Notes: a model not told the origin generated them from the letters alone. DNA of 32,126 nt from Candidatus Moraniibacteriota bacterium (GCA_023261605.1 JAHFOP010000001.1:1-32126); one strand, 5' to 3'; positions 1-7,545 are shown, counted from the stretch's first letter. Program-made: numbers and translations.

Positions 1-1
1 T

Positions 2-451
2 AACGTTGATGAAGTGGGCGAGGCGGGTGTGCGGCGCGTGGTGCGAAAAGTCGGCTTGGAAAATGTTAATGATCTTATTGACGTGCGCATTGCGGACCGT
101 TTGGGGAGCGGTGTGCCGAAAGCTGTGCCGTATAAACTGCGCCATTTCAAATTTATGGTGGAAAAAGTTTCACACGACGCGGTGTCGGTGAAGCAACTCA
201 AAATCAATGGCCATGACTTGATGCAAGAACTCAAAATGAAACCTGGACCAAAAATCGGAACGATTCTGGATGTGCTTCTGGCGGAAGTGATTGAAGACGC
301 CGAGCTCAATGACAAAGAAAAATTACTTATGCGTGCTAAAGAATTAGACAAGGAAGACATCGGGTCGTTGCGCGCTCAGGCTAAACAAAAAATCAAAGAG
401 GAGCAGAGAGAGGAGGAGAAGCTGATTAAAAATAAATATCACGTGGGGTAA
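2..451 (+). CDS. cca: CCA-adding enzyme / tRNA nucleotidyltransferase family, C-terminal fragment (5' end lies outside the window)
   Basis: The reading frame is open from the window edge. The tail LKINGHDLMQELKMKPGPKIGTILDVLLAEVIED resembles the C-terminal region of bacterial CCA-adding/poly(A) polymerase family proteins. It ends in a Lys/Glu-rich tail. Confidence 0.6.
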   Translation, partial: NVDEVGEAGVRRVVRKVGLENVNDLIDVRIADRLGSGVPKAVPYKLRHFKFMVEKVSHDAVSVKQLKINGHDLMQELKMKPGPKIGTILDVLLAEVIEDAELNDKEKLLMRAKELDKEDIGSLRAQAKQKIKEEQREEEKLIKNKYHVG

Positions 452-530
452 AACCGCTTTAAATAAGGGTGATTTTATTTTTCTCTTGAATGTTTTATAC
501 TATCAATAGGTTGCGTAAAATTCATTTTTT

Positions 531-1163
531 ATGGCTTCACAGATTTCACATATTGTTTATGCCAAAAGATATTTTGATCAGTTGGAAGCTGGGAAGATTG
601 AAAGTGTGATCAAAATCAATCGGGATGAGTTTATGTTGGGCTGTGTTTTTCCGGATATTAGGCGGATTGATCCGAAGATTAAAAGACGAGACACACATTT
701 GTGTTTTGATTCACTTGATTTGAACTTTTCCGGAATGACCTCATTTCGCGCCGGATGGAAATTTCATGTGTATTGTGATATGCGCCGGGAGGAAATTCTC
801 AATAAATATAAATTCTACGAAACCCCGCATACAACAGATATATACAATCAACCCGCCAAAGATTTGGAAGATGAAATGATATATGAGGAATATGATAATT
901 GGGAAAAGCTGGTCAATTATTTCAATAATCCGCCGTTCATTGACAGCGAATTGGATTTTGATCCAGCTGGGTACTATCTGTGGTACGCAATGATTGCCAG
1001 ATATATTGAAAAAAAACCGGATGACAAAAGTATGCGGACATTTCTTTTGAAACAGCCCGGTCTTCTGAAAAATCTGGACGAGATTATGGCCAGTATTATT
1101 GAATTGCGGAAAAATGAAAAAGTGAAAACAATTTTGGGGAAAATTTGGCGGGAGATGGTGTGA
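531..1163 (+). CDS. hypothetical protein, possibly a metal-dependent hydrolase (His/Asp motifs reminiscent of the zinc phospholipase C-like fold)
   Basis: 210-aa ORF with an ATG start and TGA stop. Motifs SHIVYA...GCVFPDIRR...RDTHL...FHVYCD. No confident family assignment by eye. Confidence 0.55.
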   Translation: MASQISHIVYAKRYFDQLEAGKIESVIKINRDEFMLGCVFPDIRRIDPKIKRRDTHLCFDSLDLNFSGMTSFRAGWKFHVYCDMRREEILNKYKFYETPHTTDIYNQPAKDLEDEMIYEEYDNWEKLVNYFNNPPFIDSELDFDPAGYYLWYAMIARYIEKKPDDKSMRTFLLKQPGLLKNLDEIMASIIELRKNEKVKTILGKIWREMV

Positions 1164-1251
1164 GGGGGTCGTGTTTTATAAAAAAAATATCCTTATAAAA
1201 CACTTAAAGAAAATAAAAGAGGAGAGAATATAATTTTTTTACAATAACTTT

Positions 1252-2922
1252 ATGAAAAGTGATATTGAAATTGCACAGGCGGCGGAAATGAAGAATATTA
1301 AAGAAATTGCTGGAGTAGCGGGTATTGTGGAAAGCGAATTGGAATTGTATGGAGATTATAAGGCCAAGCTGAAACCGGAGCTGTGGGAGAGGATCAAAAA
1401 AAATAAGGATGGGAAATTGATTTTGGTGACAGCCATCAATCCGACGCCGGCCGGAGAAGGCAAGACTACCACCTCCATTGGTCTTGCCATGGCGATGCGG
1501 CGATTGGGGAAAAATGCCATGTTAGCCATTCGTGAGCCATCACTTGGGCCATGCATGGGCATGAAAGGCGGTGCGGCTGGAGGCGGGTATGCACAGGTTA
1601 TGCCAATGGAGGATATCAATTTGCATTTCACGGGGGACTTGCACGCCATCACAACGGCCAATAATTTACTCTCGGCGGTGATTGATAATCATATTTTTCA
1701 TGGCAATGCACTGCGAATTGATCCGCAAAGAATCGCTTGGAAAAGAGCGATAGACTTGAATGATCGAGCACTGCGGGAAATTGTTGTAGGTTTGGGTGGT
1801 AAATCGCAAGGTGTGCCACGAGAAGATGGTTTTAATATTTCTGTTGCTTCGGAGATTATGGCGATACTGTGTCTAGCGGAAAATATGAATGATTTGAAAA
1901 ATCGTTTAGAGAAAATAATTATTGGGTATAATTTTGATAACAAACCAATATTTGCGCGCGAATTGAAAGTGACGGGGGCGATGGTGACACTTTTGAAAGA
2001 CGCGATGAAACCAAATTTAGTGCAGACGTTGGAACACACACCAGCATTGGTGCATGGCGGACCGTTTGCCAATATTGCGCATGGTTGCAACTCGGTTCTC
2101 GCGACGCGCTATGGACTTAAATTGGGGGATTATCTCATCACAGAGGCTGGCTTTGGTGCAGATCTTGGTGCGGAAAAGTTTTTCAACATTAAATGTCGAG
2201 CCGCTAAACTTCGACCGGACGCGGTGGTTTTAGTAGCTACGGTGCGTGCTTTGAAATATAATGGCGGGATGGACAAAGAAGCACTGCCTTTGCCGAGTAC
2301 GGTATTTTTGAAGAGAGGCATACCAAATTTAGAAAAGCATATTGAAAATTTGAAACGTTTTGGTGTGCCAGTGGTGGTGGCCATAAATGTTTTCCCAACT
2401 GACACGCAAAAAGAAATAAAGCTTTTGGAAATGAGCATTCGAAAATTAGGCGCGATTTGTGCGGTTTCAGAAGTTTGGGCGCACGGAGGAGAAGGTGGTG
2501 AGAAACTGGCGCAGGCAGTTTTGGAAACTTTGGCAAAAAAGAAAGCTAATTTCAAAGTACTCTACAGTGAAACGCAGCATTTGAAGACCAAGATTGAAAC
2601 GGTAGCCAAAAAAATTTATGGTGCAGCTGGTGTGGAGTTTAGTGTGAGAGCGAAAAAGCAAATGGAGAAATTGGAAGAAGATAGAATGGACAAGCTCCCA
2701 ATTTGCATCGCCAAGACGCAGTATTCTTTGTCGGACAATCCAAAACTTCTTGGACGTCCACGAGGTTTTGTCATCAACATTTCAGACCTGCGTATTTCCA
2801 ACGGAGCTGGATTTATTGTAGTCTTGGCGGGTGACATAATGACCATGCCTGGACTGCCGAAAGTTCCGGCGGCGGAGAAAATTGATGTGGATGAGGAAGG
2901 AAAAATTTCCGGGTTGTTTTAG
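1252..2922 (+). CDS. fhs: formate--tetrahydrofolate ligase
   Basis: 556 aa. N-terminus SDIEIAQ, P-loop-like [10 protein letters not shown], and [18 protein letters not shown] are typical of FTHFS. The length is canonical. Confidence 0.95.
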   Translation: MKSDIEIAQAAEMKNIKEIAGVAGIVESELELYGDYKAKLKPELWERIKKNKDGKLILVTAINPTPAGEGKTTTSIGLAMAMRRLGKNAMLAIREPSLGPCMGMKGGAAGGGYAQVMPMEDINLHFTGDLHAITTANNLLSAVIDNHIFHGNALRIDPQRIAWKRAIDLNDRALREIVVGLGGKSQGVPREDGFNISVASEIMAILCLAENMNDLKNRLEKIIIGYNFDNKPIFARELKVTGAMVTLLKDAMKPNLVQTLEHTPALVHGGPFANIAHGCNSVLATRYGLKLGDYLITEAGFGADLGAEKFFNIKCRAAKLRPDAVVLVATVRALKYNGGMDKEALPLPSTVFLKRGIPNLEKHIENLKRFGVPVVVAINVFPTDTQKEIKLLEMSIRKLGAICAVSEVWAHGGEGGEKLAQAVLETLAKKKANFKVLYSETQHLKTKIETVAKKIYGAAGVEFSVRAKKQMEKLEEDRMDKLPICIAKTQYSLSDNPKLLGRPRGFVINISDLRISNGAGFIVVLAGDIMTMPGLPKVPAAEKIDVDEEGKISGLF

Positions 2923-2971
2923 GGAAGGATGTTTTTGATAGTTTGGGAGATTATTTTTTAAAATAAAAAAT

Positions 2972-3817
2972 ATGGTGAAAATTTTAGATGGAAAGAAGCT
3001 TGCGGAGGAAATACGTGTGGCACTGAAACTTGAGATATTAGAATTGGGAGAAAAAAAAGGAATCGCGCCTGGTCTAGCGGTGATTTTAGTGGGGGATAGT
3101 GTGGCTTCTCAGATTTACGTACGCAATAAAGAACGGGCCTGCGAGAGTCTAGGAATTTTTTCTGAGGTGCATCGGTTAGCGGAGAATATTGAGGAGGAGA
3201 AAATTTTAGCTTTAATTGCAGAGCTTAATGAAAAAAATGAAATCCATGGAATTTTAATACAGTTGCCATTGCCATCACATATTGATTCACAAAAAATAAT
3301 TTCTGCCATTGATCCAAAAAAAGATGTGGATTGTTTCCACCCGGAAAATGTGGGGAGGATGTTTTTAGGCGATCCAAGATTTTTTCCTTGCACCCCGCTG
3401 GGTATAGTAGAAATTTTGAAAAGATATGAAATTAAGATTTCGGGAAAAAAGGTGGTTATCGTCGGAAGAAGCAATATTGTAGGGAAACCTCTGGCAATGA
3501 TGATGCTCCGCGAAAATGCGACCGTGACGATGGCTCACTCTAAAACTGAGAACCTAAAAGAAGAAACGTTGCGGGCGAATATTTTGATAGTGGCTGCTGG
3601 GCGAGCTGGACTAATTACGGCAGATATGATAAAACAAGGAGCAGTTGTCATTGATGTCGGAATCAATCGTGGCGAGAACGGAGAATTGGCGGGTGATGTT
3701 GATTTTGAAAAAGTTTGTAAGATTGCGAGCGCAATTACGCCGGTGCCAGGCGGAGTGGGGCCAATGACAATTGCGATGTTAATGAAAAATACTACTGCAG
3801 CAGCTAAAAATATCTAA
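2972..3817 (+). CDS. folD: bifunctional 5,10-methylene-THF dehydrogenase / methenyl-THF cyclohydrolase
   Basis: 281 aa. Contains ILDGK, PGLAVILVG, YVRNKERAC, GILIQLPLP, VVIVGRSNIVGKPLAMMM and PVPGGVGPMTIAML, the characteristic FolD motifs. Confidence 0.95.
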   Translation: MVKILDGKKLAEEIRVALKLEILELGEKKGIAPGLAVILVGDSVASQIYVRNKERACESLGIFSEVHRLAENIEEEKILALIAELNEKNEIHGILIQLPLPSHIDSQKIISAIDPKKDVDCFHPENVGRMFLGDPRFFPCTPLGIVEILKRYEIKISGKKVVIVGRSNIVGKPLAMMMLRENATVTMAHSKTENLKEETLRANILIVAAGRAGLITADMIKQGAVVIDVGINRGENGELAGDVDFEKVCKIASAITPVPGGVGPMTIAMLMKNTTAAAKNI

Positions 3818-3837
3818 GTAAGATCTGAGATAATATT

Positions 3838-4131
3838 ATGCAGATTGAAGTCAAAAACATAAAAGAAAATCCGGTCAATATGTTGCGCAGACTCGGGTAC
3901 TCTTTCCAGCGTAATGAAGGGGAAGAAAAAAGTTTTGTGCGGCCACTGGCGGCGGCTGGTTATCCGCGCTTTCATATGTATGTTAGAATGACGGGAGCGG
4001 ATATGACGATTAACATTCATTTAGATCAGAAAAAAGAAACTTATGGAGATGAAACGCGCCATCATGGCGAATATGAGAATGAAGGCGCGCTGGCGGAAGA
4101 GGTGAGGAGATTGAAAATGATTTTGGAATAA
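3838..4131 (+). CDS. small conserved-looking hypothetical protein (97 aa)
   Basis: ATG-initiated ORF filling the gap between folD and the tRNA-Leu pair. No signal peptide or TM segment. No motif recognised. Confidence 0.5.
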   Translation: MQIEVKNIKENPVNMLRRLGYSFQRNEGEEKSFVRPLAAAGYPRFHMYVRMTGADMTINIHLDQKKETYGDETRHHGEYENEGALAEEVRRLKMILE

Positions 4132-4147
4132 AATAAGAATAGCTTAT

Positions 4148-4231
4148 GCCCAGATGGCGGAATTGGTATACGCGCCAGTCTTAGGAACTGGTTCTCGCAA
4201 GGGATTGGAGGTTCGAGTCCTCTTCTGGGCA
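4148..4231 (+). tRNA. tRNA-Leu(UAG), class II with long variable arm, no encoded CCA
   Basis: Manual fold: acceptor GCCCAGA/TCTGGGC, anticodon stem CCAGT/ACTGG, loop CTTAGGA, T arm GGAGG-TTCGAGT-CCTCT, discriminator A. Confidence 0.9.
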
Positions 4232-4245
4232 CAAAAATAAAAAAT

Positions 4246-4329
4246 GCCTTGGTGGCGGAATTGGTATACGCGCATGCTTCAGGAGCATGTTCCCGCAAGG
4301 GATTGGGAGTTCGAGTCTCCCCCAAGGCA
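4246..4329 (+). tRNA. tRNA-Leu(CAG), class II, no encoded CCA
   Basis: Acceptor GCCTTGG/CCAAGGC, anticodon stem CATGC/GCATG, loop TTCAGGA, T arm GGGAG-TTCGAGT-CTCCC. Confidence 0.9.
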
Positions 4330-4331
4330 CA

Positions 4332-5285
4332 ATGGAAAAAACAATTATCTTCAAAAAATTTGCGAAAATTAGAATGGATAAATTTCTCATGGAGGAATTT
4401 TTTTTGGATAAGAAACTGACGCGTGGGGAAATTGTGCGTCAAATAAAGGAGGGAAATATCTTAGTGAATGGAAAAAATGTGAAACCAAGTTATTTACTGA
4501 AAACAAATGACAAAATTGAAATAAATATTTCTGAAAAAGAAAATGGATTGGCGTTGAATGGGAAAGTTAAATTTGAAATTATCAGTCAGGATGAAAATAT
4601 AATTGTTGTGAATAAGCCGGCGGGGCTGCAGGTTCATCCCAGCACCAGGCAGGAGACAGATACTTTGGTCAACGGCTTACTGTTTAAATTTCAGGAGATC
4701 GGGCAAGTTGGAGATGCGCCAGATGTGCGCCCTGGGATAGTGCACAGGTTGGATCGGGGTACAAGTGGAATCTTGATTGTGGCGAGAAATCAGGAGGTAT
4801 ATTTATTGCTCAAGAATAAATTTAAAAAGCGCGAGATGAAAAAAACATATTGGGCGGTAGTACACGGCGCGCCGGAAAAAAGCGGATTGATTGACGCGCC
4901 GATGGCGCGCGCGGCGGATTATAAAAAACAAATCATTGCCACTGGGAAAACTAGAACAAAAGTCCGCGAAGCAGTGACAGCATATGAAACGTTAGCTAAA
5001 AATGACCAATATGCGCTTTTGGAAGTTTCTCCGCGCACCGGACGCACGCATCAGATTCGCGTGCATCTGGCTTCCATCGGACACTCAATTGTGGGAGACG
5101 AAAAGTATACGCTTAAAAAATTTGCGGATGACGATGTCATGGACAGGCTATTTTTACATGCCAAAAGCTTGGAATTTGAAATGAATGGCAAGGAATATAA
5201 GTTTGAAGCCCCTTTATCGGTCGAGTTTGAAAGTTTTTTGAAAAATGAGGGGATTTACCCTCGGGGGTTGACGAAAAGGGGATAA
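4332..5285 (+). CDS. rluD: RluA-family 23S rRNA pseudouridine synthase with N-terminal S4 domain (RluD-like)
   Basis: Catalytic motif HRLDRGTSGILIVARN plus RTGRTHQIRVHL. The ORF-track start at 4287 lies inside tRNA-Leu(CAG), so the in-frame ATG at 4332 (MEKTII...) is used instead. Confidence 0.85.
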   Translation: MEKTIIFKKFAKIRMDKFLMEEFFLDKKLTRGEIVRQIKEGNILVNGKNVKPSYLLKTNDKIEINISEKENGLALNGKVKFEIISQDENIIVVNKPAGLQVHPSTRQETDTLVNGLLFKFQEIGQVGDAPDVRPGIVHRLDRGTSGILIVARNQEVYLLLKNKFKKREMKKTYWAVVHGAPEKSGLIDAPMARAADYKKQIIATGKTRTKVREAVTAYETLAKNDQYALLEVSPRTGRTHQIRVHLASIGHSIVGDEKYTLKKFADDDVMDRLFLHAKSLEFEMNGKEYKFEAPLSVEFESFLKNEGIYPRGLTKRG

Positions 5286-5334
5286 AAGGATAGTATAGAA
5301 AAGCTAAAAAAAAGGGCGGAAACTCAGGAAAATG

Positions 5335-5364
5335 CTCAAGCTAGGCTTCGAGACTTTTTTATTT
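5335..5364 (+). terminator. putative intrinsic terminator after the rluD-like gene
   Basis: Stem CTCAAGC / GCTT(C)GAG with loop TAG, followed by TTTTTT. Confidence 0.45.
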
Positions 5365-5374
5365 AAGTAATTAT

Positions 5375-5383
5375 TGTTATAAT
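5375..5383 (+). promoter_or_regulatory. extended -10 promoter element (TGtTATAAT) for rplS
   Basis: TGTTATAAT ends 7 nt before the rplS ATG at 5391, and no SD sequence lies between them. This implies a leaderless or near-leaderless mRNA. Confidence 0.4.
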
Positions 5384-5390
5384 AAAAACT

Positions 5391-5882
5391 ATGAAACAGG
5401 AAATCATTGAATTCAATAAGGTGTTGCGAGGGAAAGATCCGGTCAATTATATGGCGGGAGATATTGTCAAAGTTCATCTCAAAATCAAAGAAGGTGCCAA
5501 AGAAAGAGTGCAGATTTTTGAGGGGCTCATCATCGCCGTCAAAGGCCGCCAAAGCTCTTCTCCAACAATCACCGTGCGAAAAGTTTCTCACACTGTCGGA
5601 GTGGAAATGATTGTGCCGATTTTGTCCAAGAATGTGCAAAAGATTGAACTGATAAAGAAAGCTAAGGTACGAAGATCAAAGTTGTATTATGTTAGAGAAC
5701 TGACTCCAAAGCAAAGTCGCATGAAATACAAGGATATAAAAGAGTTTGTTGGTGCTAAAAAAGCAGAAGAATTGGCAGATGAAAAATTGAGCGCGGAGGA
5801 AATTGAAGCTGCCGAGAAAGATATGGCCAAAGAATCCAAAGGCGACAAGAAAGAAACGAAGGAAGTTAAAAAAGCTGAGTAG
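5391..5882 (+). CDS. rplS: 50S ribosomal protein L19 with a Lys/Glu-rich C-terminal extension of about 45 aa
   Basis: GDIVKVHLKIKEGAKERVQIFEGLIIAVKG...ITVRKVSHTVGVEMIVPILS is the L19 core. At 163 aa it is longer than the usual roughly 115 aa. Confidence 0.92.
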   Translation: MKQEIIEFNKVLRGKDPVNYMAGDIVKVHLKIKEGAKERVQIFEGLIIAVKGRQSSSPTITVRKVSHTVGVEMIVPILSKNVQKIELIKKAKVRRSKLYYVRELTPKQSRMKYKDIKEFVGAKKAEELADEKLSAEEIEAAEKDMAKESKGDKKETKEVKKAE

Positions 5883-5951
5883 CTAGCAGTCTTTGTGATG
5901 GAGTTGAAACATTAACTTTGCACCGGATTAATTTTTTTCAGGTATATTTCG

Positions 5952-6035
5952 GCGGACGTGGCGGAATTGGTATACGCGCAAGCTTGAGGTGCTTGTGGGA
6001 GCAATCCTGTGGAGGTTCAAGTCCTCTCGTTCGCA
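5952..6035 (+). tRNA. tRNA-Leu(GAG), class II, no encoded CCA
   Basis: Acceptor GCGGACG/CGTTCGC (one G.U pair), anticodon stem CAAGC/GCTTG, loop TTGAGGT, T arm GGAGG-TTCAAGT-CCTCT. Confidence 0.88.
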
Positions 6036-6044
6036 CTCTAGTAG

Positions 6045-6118
6045 GGATCCTTAGCTCAGTTGGCTAGAGCGCCTCGTTTACACCGAGGATGTCATAGGTT
6101 CGAGTCCTATAGGGTCCA
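6045..6118 (+). tRNA. tRNA-Val(UAC), no encoded CCA
   Basis: Acceptor GGATCCT/AGGGTCC, D arm GCTC-AGTTGGCTA-GAGC, anticodon stem CCTCG/CGAGG, loop TTTACAC, T arm ATAGG-TTCGAGT-CCTAT. Confidence 0.9.
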
Positions 6119-6148
6119 CACGAAATACGTTACAGAGAATTTGAACAA

Positions 6149-6457
6149 GCCGGGTTAGCTCAGTGGTAGAGCAGAGGACTGGTTTTCGGTCCGTTCCAGA
6201 GTAATTTGGAAATGAAAATTGGGTGAATTCGAGGAAGCCTAAGTTGTCGAAAGATAATAGGGTAATCTCGAGCTAAGCCTCAAAGGGTCTAAGTTTTGAG
6301 GAAAGTGTAGAGACTAGCAGGTGAGTCCCAACAATAATCTTGCAAAAGCGCCCAACTCCCGCCTGGCGGGATGATGAAATAGTCCGATCCTTGAGGAAAC
6401 TCAAGAAAAATGATAAGGAAAATCCTTGTGTCCCCAGTTCAATCCTGGGACCCGGCA
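6149..6457 (+). tRNA. tRNA-Phe(GAA), split gene: 5' exon 6149-6180, group I intron 6181-6417, 3' exon 6418-6457
   Basis: The joined exons give GCCGGGTTAGCTCAGTGGTAGAGCAGAGGACT|GAAAATCCTTGTGTCCCCAGTTCAATCCTGGGACCCGGCA. This folds as a canonical 73-nt cloverleaf with anticodon loop CUGAAAA, and it closely resembles my recollection of bacterial tRNA-Phe. Confidence 0.9.
6181..6417 (+). ncRNA. group I self-splicing intron (IC3-like, ORF-less, 237 nt) in the anticodon loop of tRNA-Phe
   Basis: P1: exon GGACU (6176-6180) pairs with GGUCC (6188-6192), with a U.G wobble at the splice site. P10: UUUUC (6183-6187) pairs with 3' exon GAAAA (6418-6422). Omega-G is at 6417. P2 6194-6211. P3 TTGGG (6219-6223) / CCCAA (6327-6331). 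P4 6228-6233 / 6267-6272. P5/P5a carries a GAAA loop (6238-6261) and a CCTAAG receptor-like motif. P6 6278-6284 / 6295-6301. Conserved core GTGTAGAGACTAG is at 6305-6317. P7 GACTA (6312-6316) / TAGTC (6380-6384). P9 is CTTGAG-GAAA-CTCAAG (6390-6405). Confidence 0.88.
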
Positions 6458-6465
6458 CAGATAAA

Positions 6466-6493
6466 GAATTTTGAATTTTGAATTTTGAATTTC
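6466..6493 (+). repeat. tandem heptamer (GAATTTT x3 + GAATTTC) in the tRNA-Phe/tRNA-Gly spacer
   Basis: Direct reading. Inverted copies (TTCAAAATT) lie at 6546-6554 and 6567-6576. A central AATGTTT/AAACATT hairpin spans 6514-6536. Confidence 0.8.
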
Positions 6494-6581
6494 GAAATAA
6501 TGATTTAATTTTTAATGTTTAAATAATTAAAACATTTAAAATTTTTTCAAAATTAGAAACGCAACATTCAAAATTCAATAA

Positions 6582-6653
6582 GCGGGTATCGTATAGTGGC
6601 TATTACACTAGGTTGCCAATCTAGTGACACGGGTTCGATTCCCGTTACCCGCT
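6582..6653 (+). tRNA. tRNA-Gly(GCC), no encoded CCA
   Basis: Acceptor GCGGGTA/TACCCGC, anticodon stem CTAGG/TCTAG, loop TTGCCAA, T arm ACGGG-TTCGATT-CCCGT, discriminator U. Confidence 0.9.
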
Positions 6654-6666
6654 CAGAACACCAAAA

Positions 6667-6695
6667 ACGGCCTTAGAGGGGGCTGTTTTTGTTTT
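6667..6695 (+). terminator. intrinsic terminator after the tRNA cluster
   Basis: Stem ACGGCC/GGCTGT (one G.U pair), 8-nt loop, then TTTTTGTTTT. Confidence 0.6.
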
Positions 6696-6773
6696 ATCTA
6701 GAGTAAAATAAGTCGGTTCTAACCTAGCGCTGTGGTTCAAGCTGAAGACTATTTTTGTTTATAGTCTAATAAA

Positions 6774-6808
6774 AACCGCTTCACATTTCGTGAGGCGGTT
6801 TTTTGTTT
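6774..6808 (+). terminator. second strong plus-strand intrinsic terminator
   Basis: 11-bp stem AACCGCTTCAC/GTGAGGCGGTT, loop ATTTC, then TTTTTTGTTT. Confidence 0.65.
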
Positions 6809-6828
6809 GGTGAAAATATTTTCATAAA

Positions 6829-6864
6829 ATAAAAAGCCCAGAAGATATCAGTATCTTCTGGGCT
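6829..6864 (-). terminator. intrinsic terminator of the minus-strand gene 6905-7423
   Basis: 13-bp stem AGCCCAGAAGATA/TATCTTCTGGGCT, followed on the minus strand by a U-run (plus-strand AAAAA at 6831-6835). Confidence 0.7.
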
Positions 6865-6904
6865 TGGGCGATGATGCCGACTTTCTTTTTTCAAGTCTGC
6901 ATTT

Positions 6905-7423
6905 TTAGGCGACAAAATCTCGGTAAAAAATAACGCTGTCGCCGGCTGTCAAGCTGCCCATGACATGTTGGTAACTGATTATTGGTTCTTTTTCTTGATC
7001 ATCATCTTCCCTTGGACGGTCTAGTTTCAATACATCATAGTCATAGGGCGCAAGACACCAGATTTTATCACGGATCATTTGCCAAAATTTCTCATTTTCC
7101 TGAACGGCAAATGCCATGGCTCCAATAATCCCAAGGAGTTTTCTTTCCCTGTATTTTGCAATCATTTCATAGACCCATGGACTCGTCCAGCCACTAGCAA
7201 CTACTTCGTATATTTCTGCGACAAATTTTTTCCCGCGGTTTAGAGTCCAAACCTTCTCGTAATTCCCAGCATATTGAGGGTAGGGGCAGTTTGCAAAAAT
7301 ACTGCCGAGATGGAGAGCAAAGTATTCTCCCACTGTAACGGACGGGATTTCGATCACAACCTCTCCAATCGGCTTTAAAGTGTCCTCTGTTCTCGGCCAA
7401 ATCGCATTTTTAATTATTTCCAT
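6905..7423 (-). CDS. hypothetical cytoplasmic protein (172 aa), no recognisable domain
   Basis: The start is moved to the internal ATG at 7423 (MEIIKNAIWP...), which is preceded by AAGGAGG 8 nt upstream. The 33-codon N-terminal extension in the ORF track has no RBS. Confidence 0.6.
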   Translation of the reverse strand: MEIIKNAIWPRTEDTLKPIGEVVIEIPSVTVGEYFALHLGSIFANCPYPQYAGNYEKVWTLNRGKKFVAEIYEVVASGWTSPWVYEMIAKYRERKLLGIIGAMAFAVQENEKFWQMIRDKIWCLAPYDYDVLKLDRPREDDDQEKEPIISYQHVMGSLTAGDSVIFYRDFVA

Positions 7424-7517
7424 AGTGCAGCCTCCTTTGTTTAGATATGGGCGAATTGTTAATGTTCTCTGTCCTTCTTTTAGACATCCAGATAGCTTAG
7501 CAAAATATTGGATAATT

Positions 7518-7545
7518 GTCAATATATTTAAAAGTATATATTGAC
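7518..7545. promoter_or_regulatory. perfect 10-bp inverted repeat (GTCAATATAT-N8-ATATATTGAC), candidate operator
   Basis: Read directly. The right arm overlaps the -35 hexamer of the regulator promoter. It lies in the divergent intergenic region. Confidence 0.55.

Noticed and set aside
1164-1251. Possible ZTP (pfl) riboswitch upstream of fhs, because of a GGGGGTCGTG string resembling the GGGUCGUG core and the known association of pfl with fhs/folD.
   Set aside because: The rest of the motif as I recall it (CUGGCG, and the downstream CCGCCUGGGCA pseudoknot partner) is absent. The segment is otherwise an AT-only hairpin.
4062-4442. Minus-strand ORFs 4062-4442 and 4181-4390, and the 5' part of plus ORF 4287-5285.
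   Set aside because: They lie over the two tRNA-Leu genes. GC-rich structured RNA genes keep frames open by chance. The pseudouridine synthase start was moved to the in-frame ATG at 4332, just after the tRNA.
6273-6458. 61-aa minus-strand ORF inside the tRNA-Phe region, considered as a possible intron-encoded homing endonuclease.
   Set aside because: It is antisense to the intron, overlaps the tRNA 3' exon, and has no LAGLIDADG, GIY-YIG or HNH motif. The intron is judged ORF-less.
6466-6580. CRISPR array or minisatellite (also considered for 15741-15849).
   Set aside because: The repeat units are only 7-10 nt with no spacer-like unique segments of regular length, and no cas genes are present. 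They are treated as AT-rich repeat or palindrome elements.
6905-7522. Long N-terminal extensions given by the ORF track: 6905-7522, rbfA from TTG 15749, groES from GTG 20390, SBP from TTG 21288, gpmI from TTG 30361.
   Set aside because: Internal ATG starts fit better. The reasons are an AAGGAGG RBS at 7423, conserved protein N-termini, CIRCE and repeat elements that would otherwise fall inside coding sequence, and ATG codons 1-2 codons downstream of the TTG.
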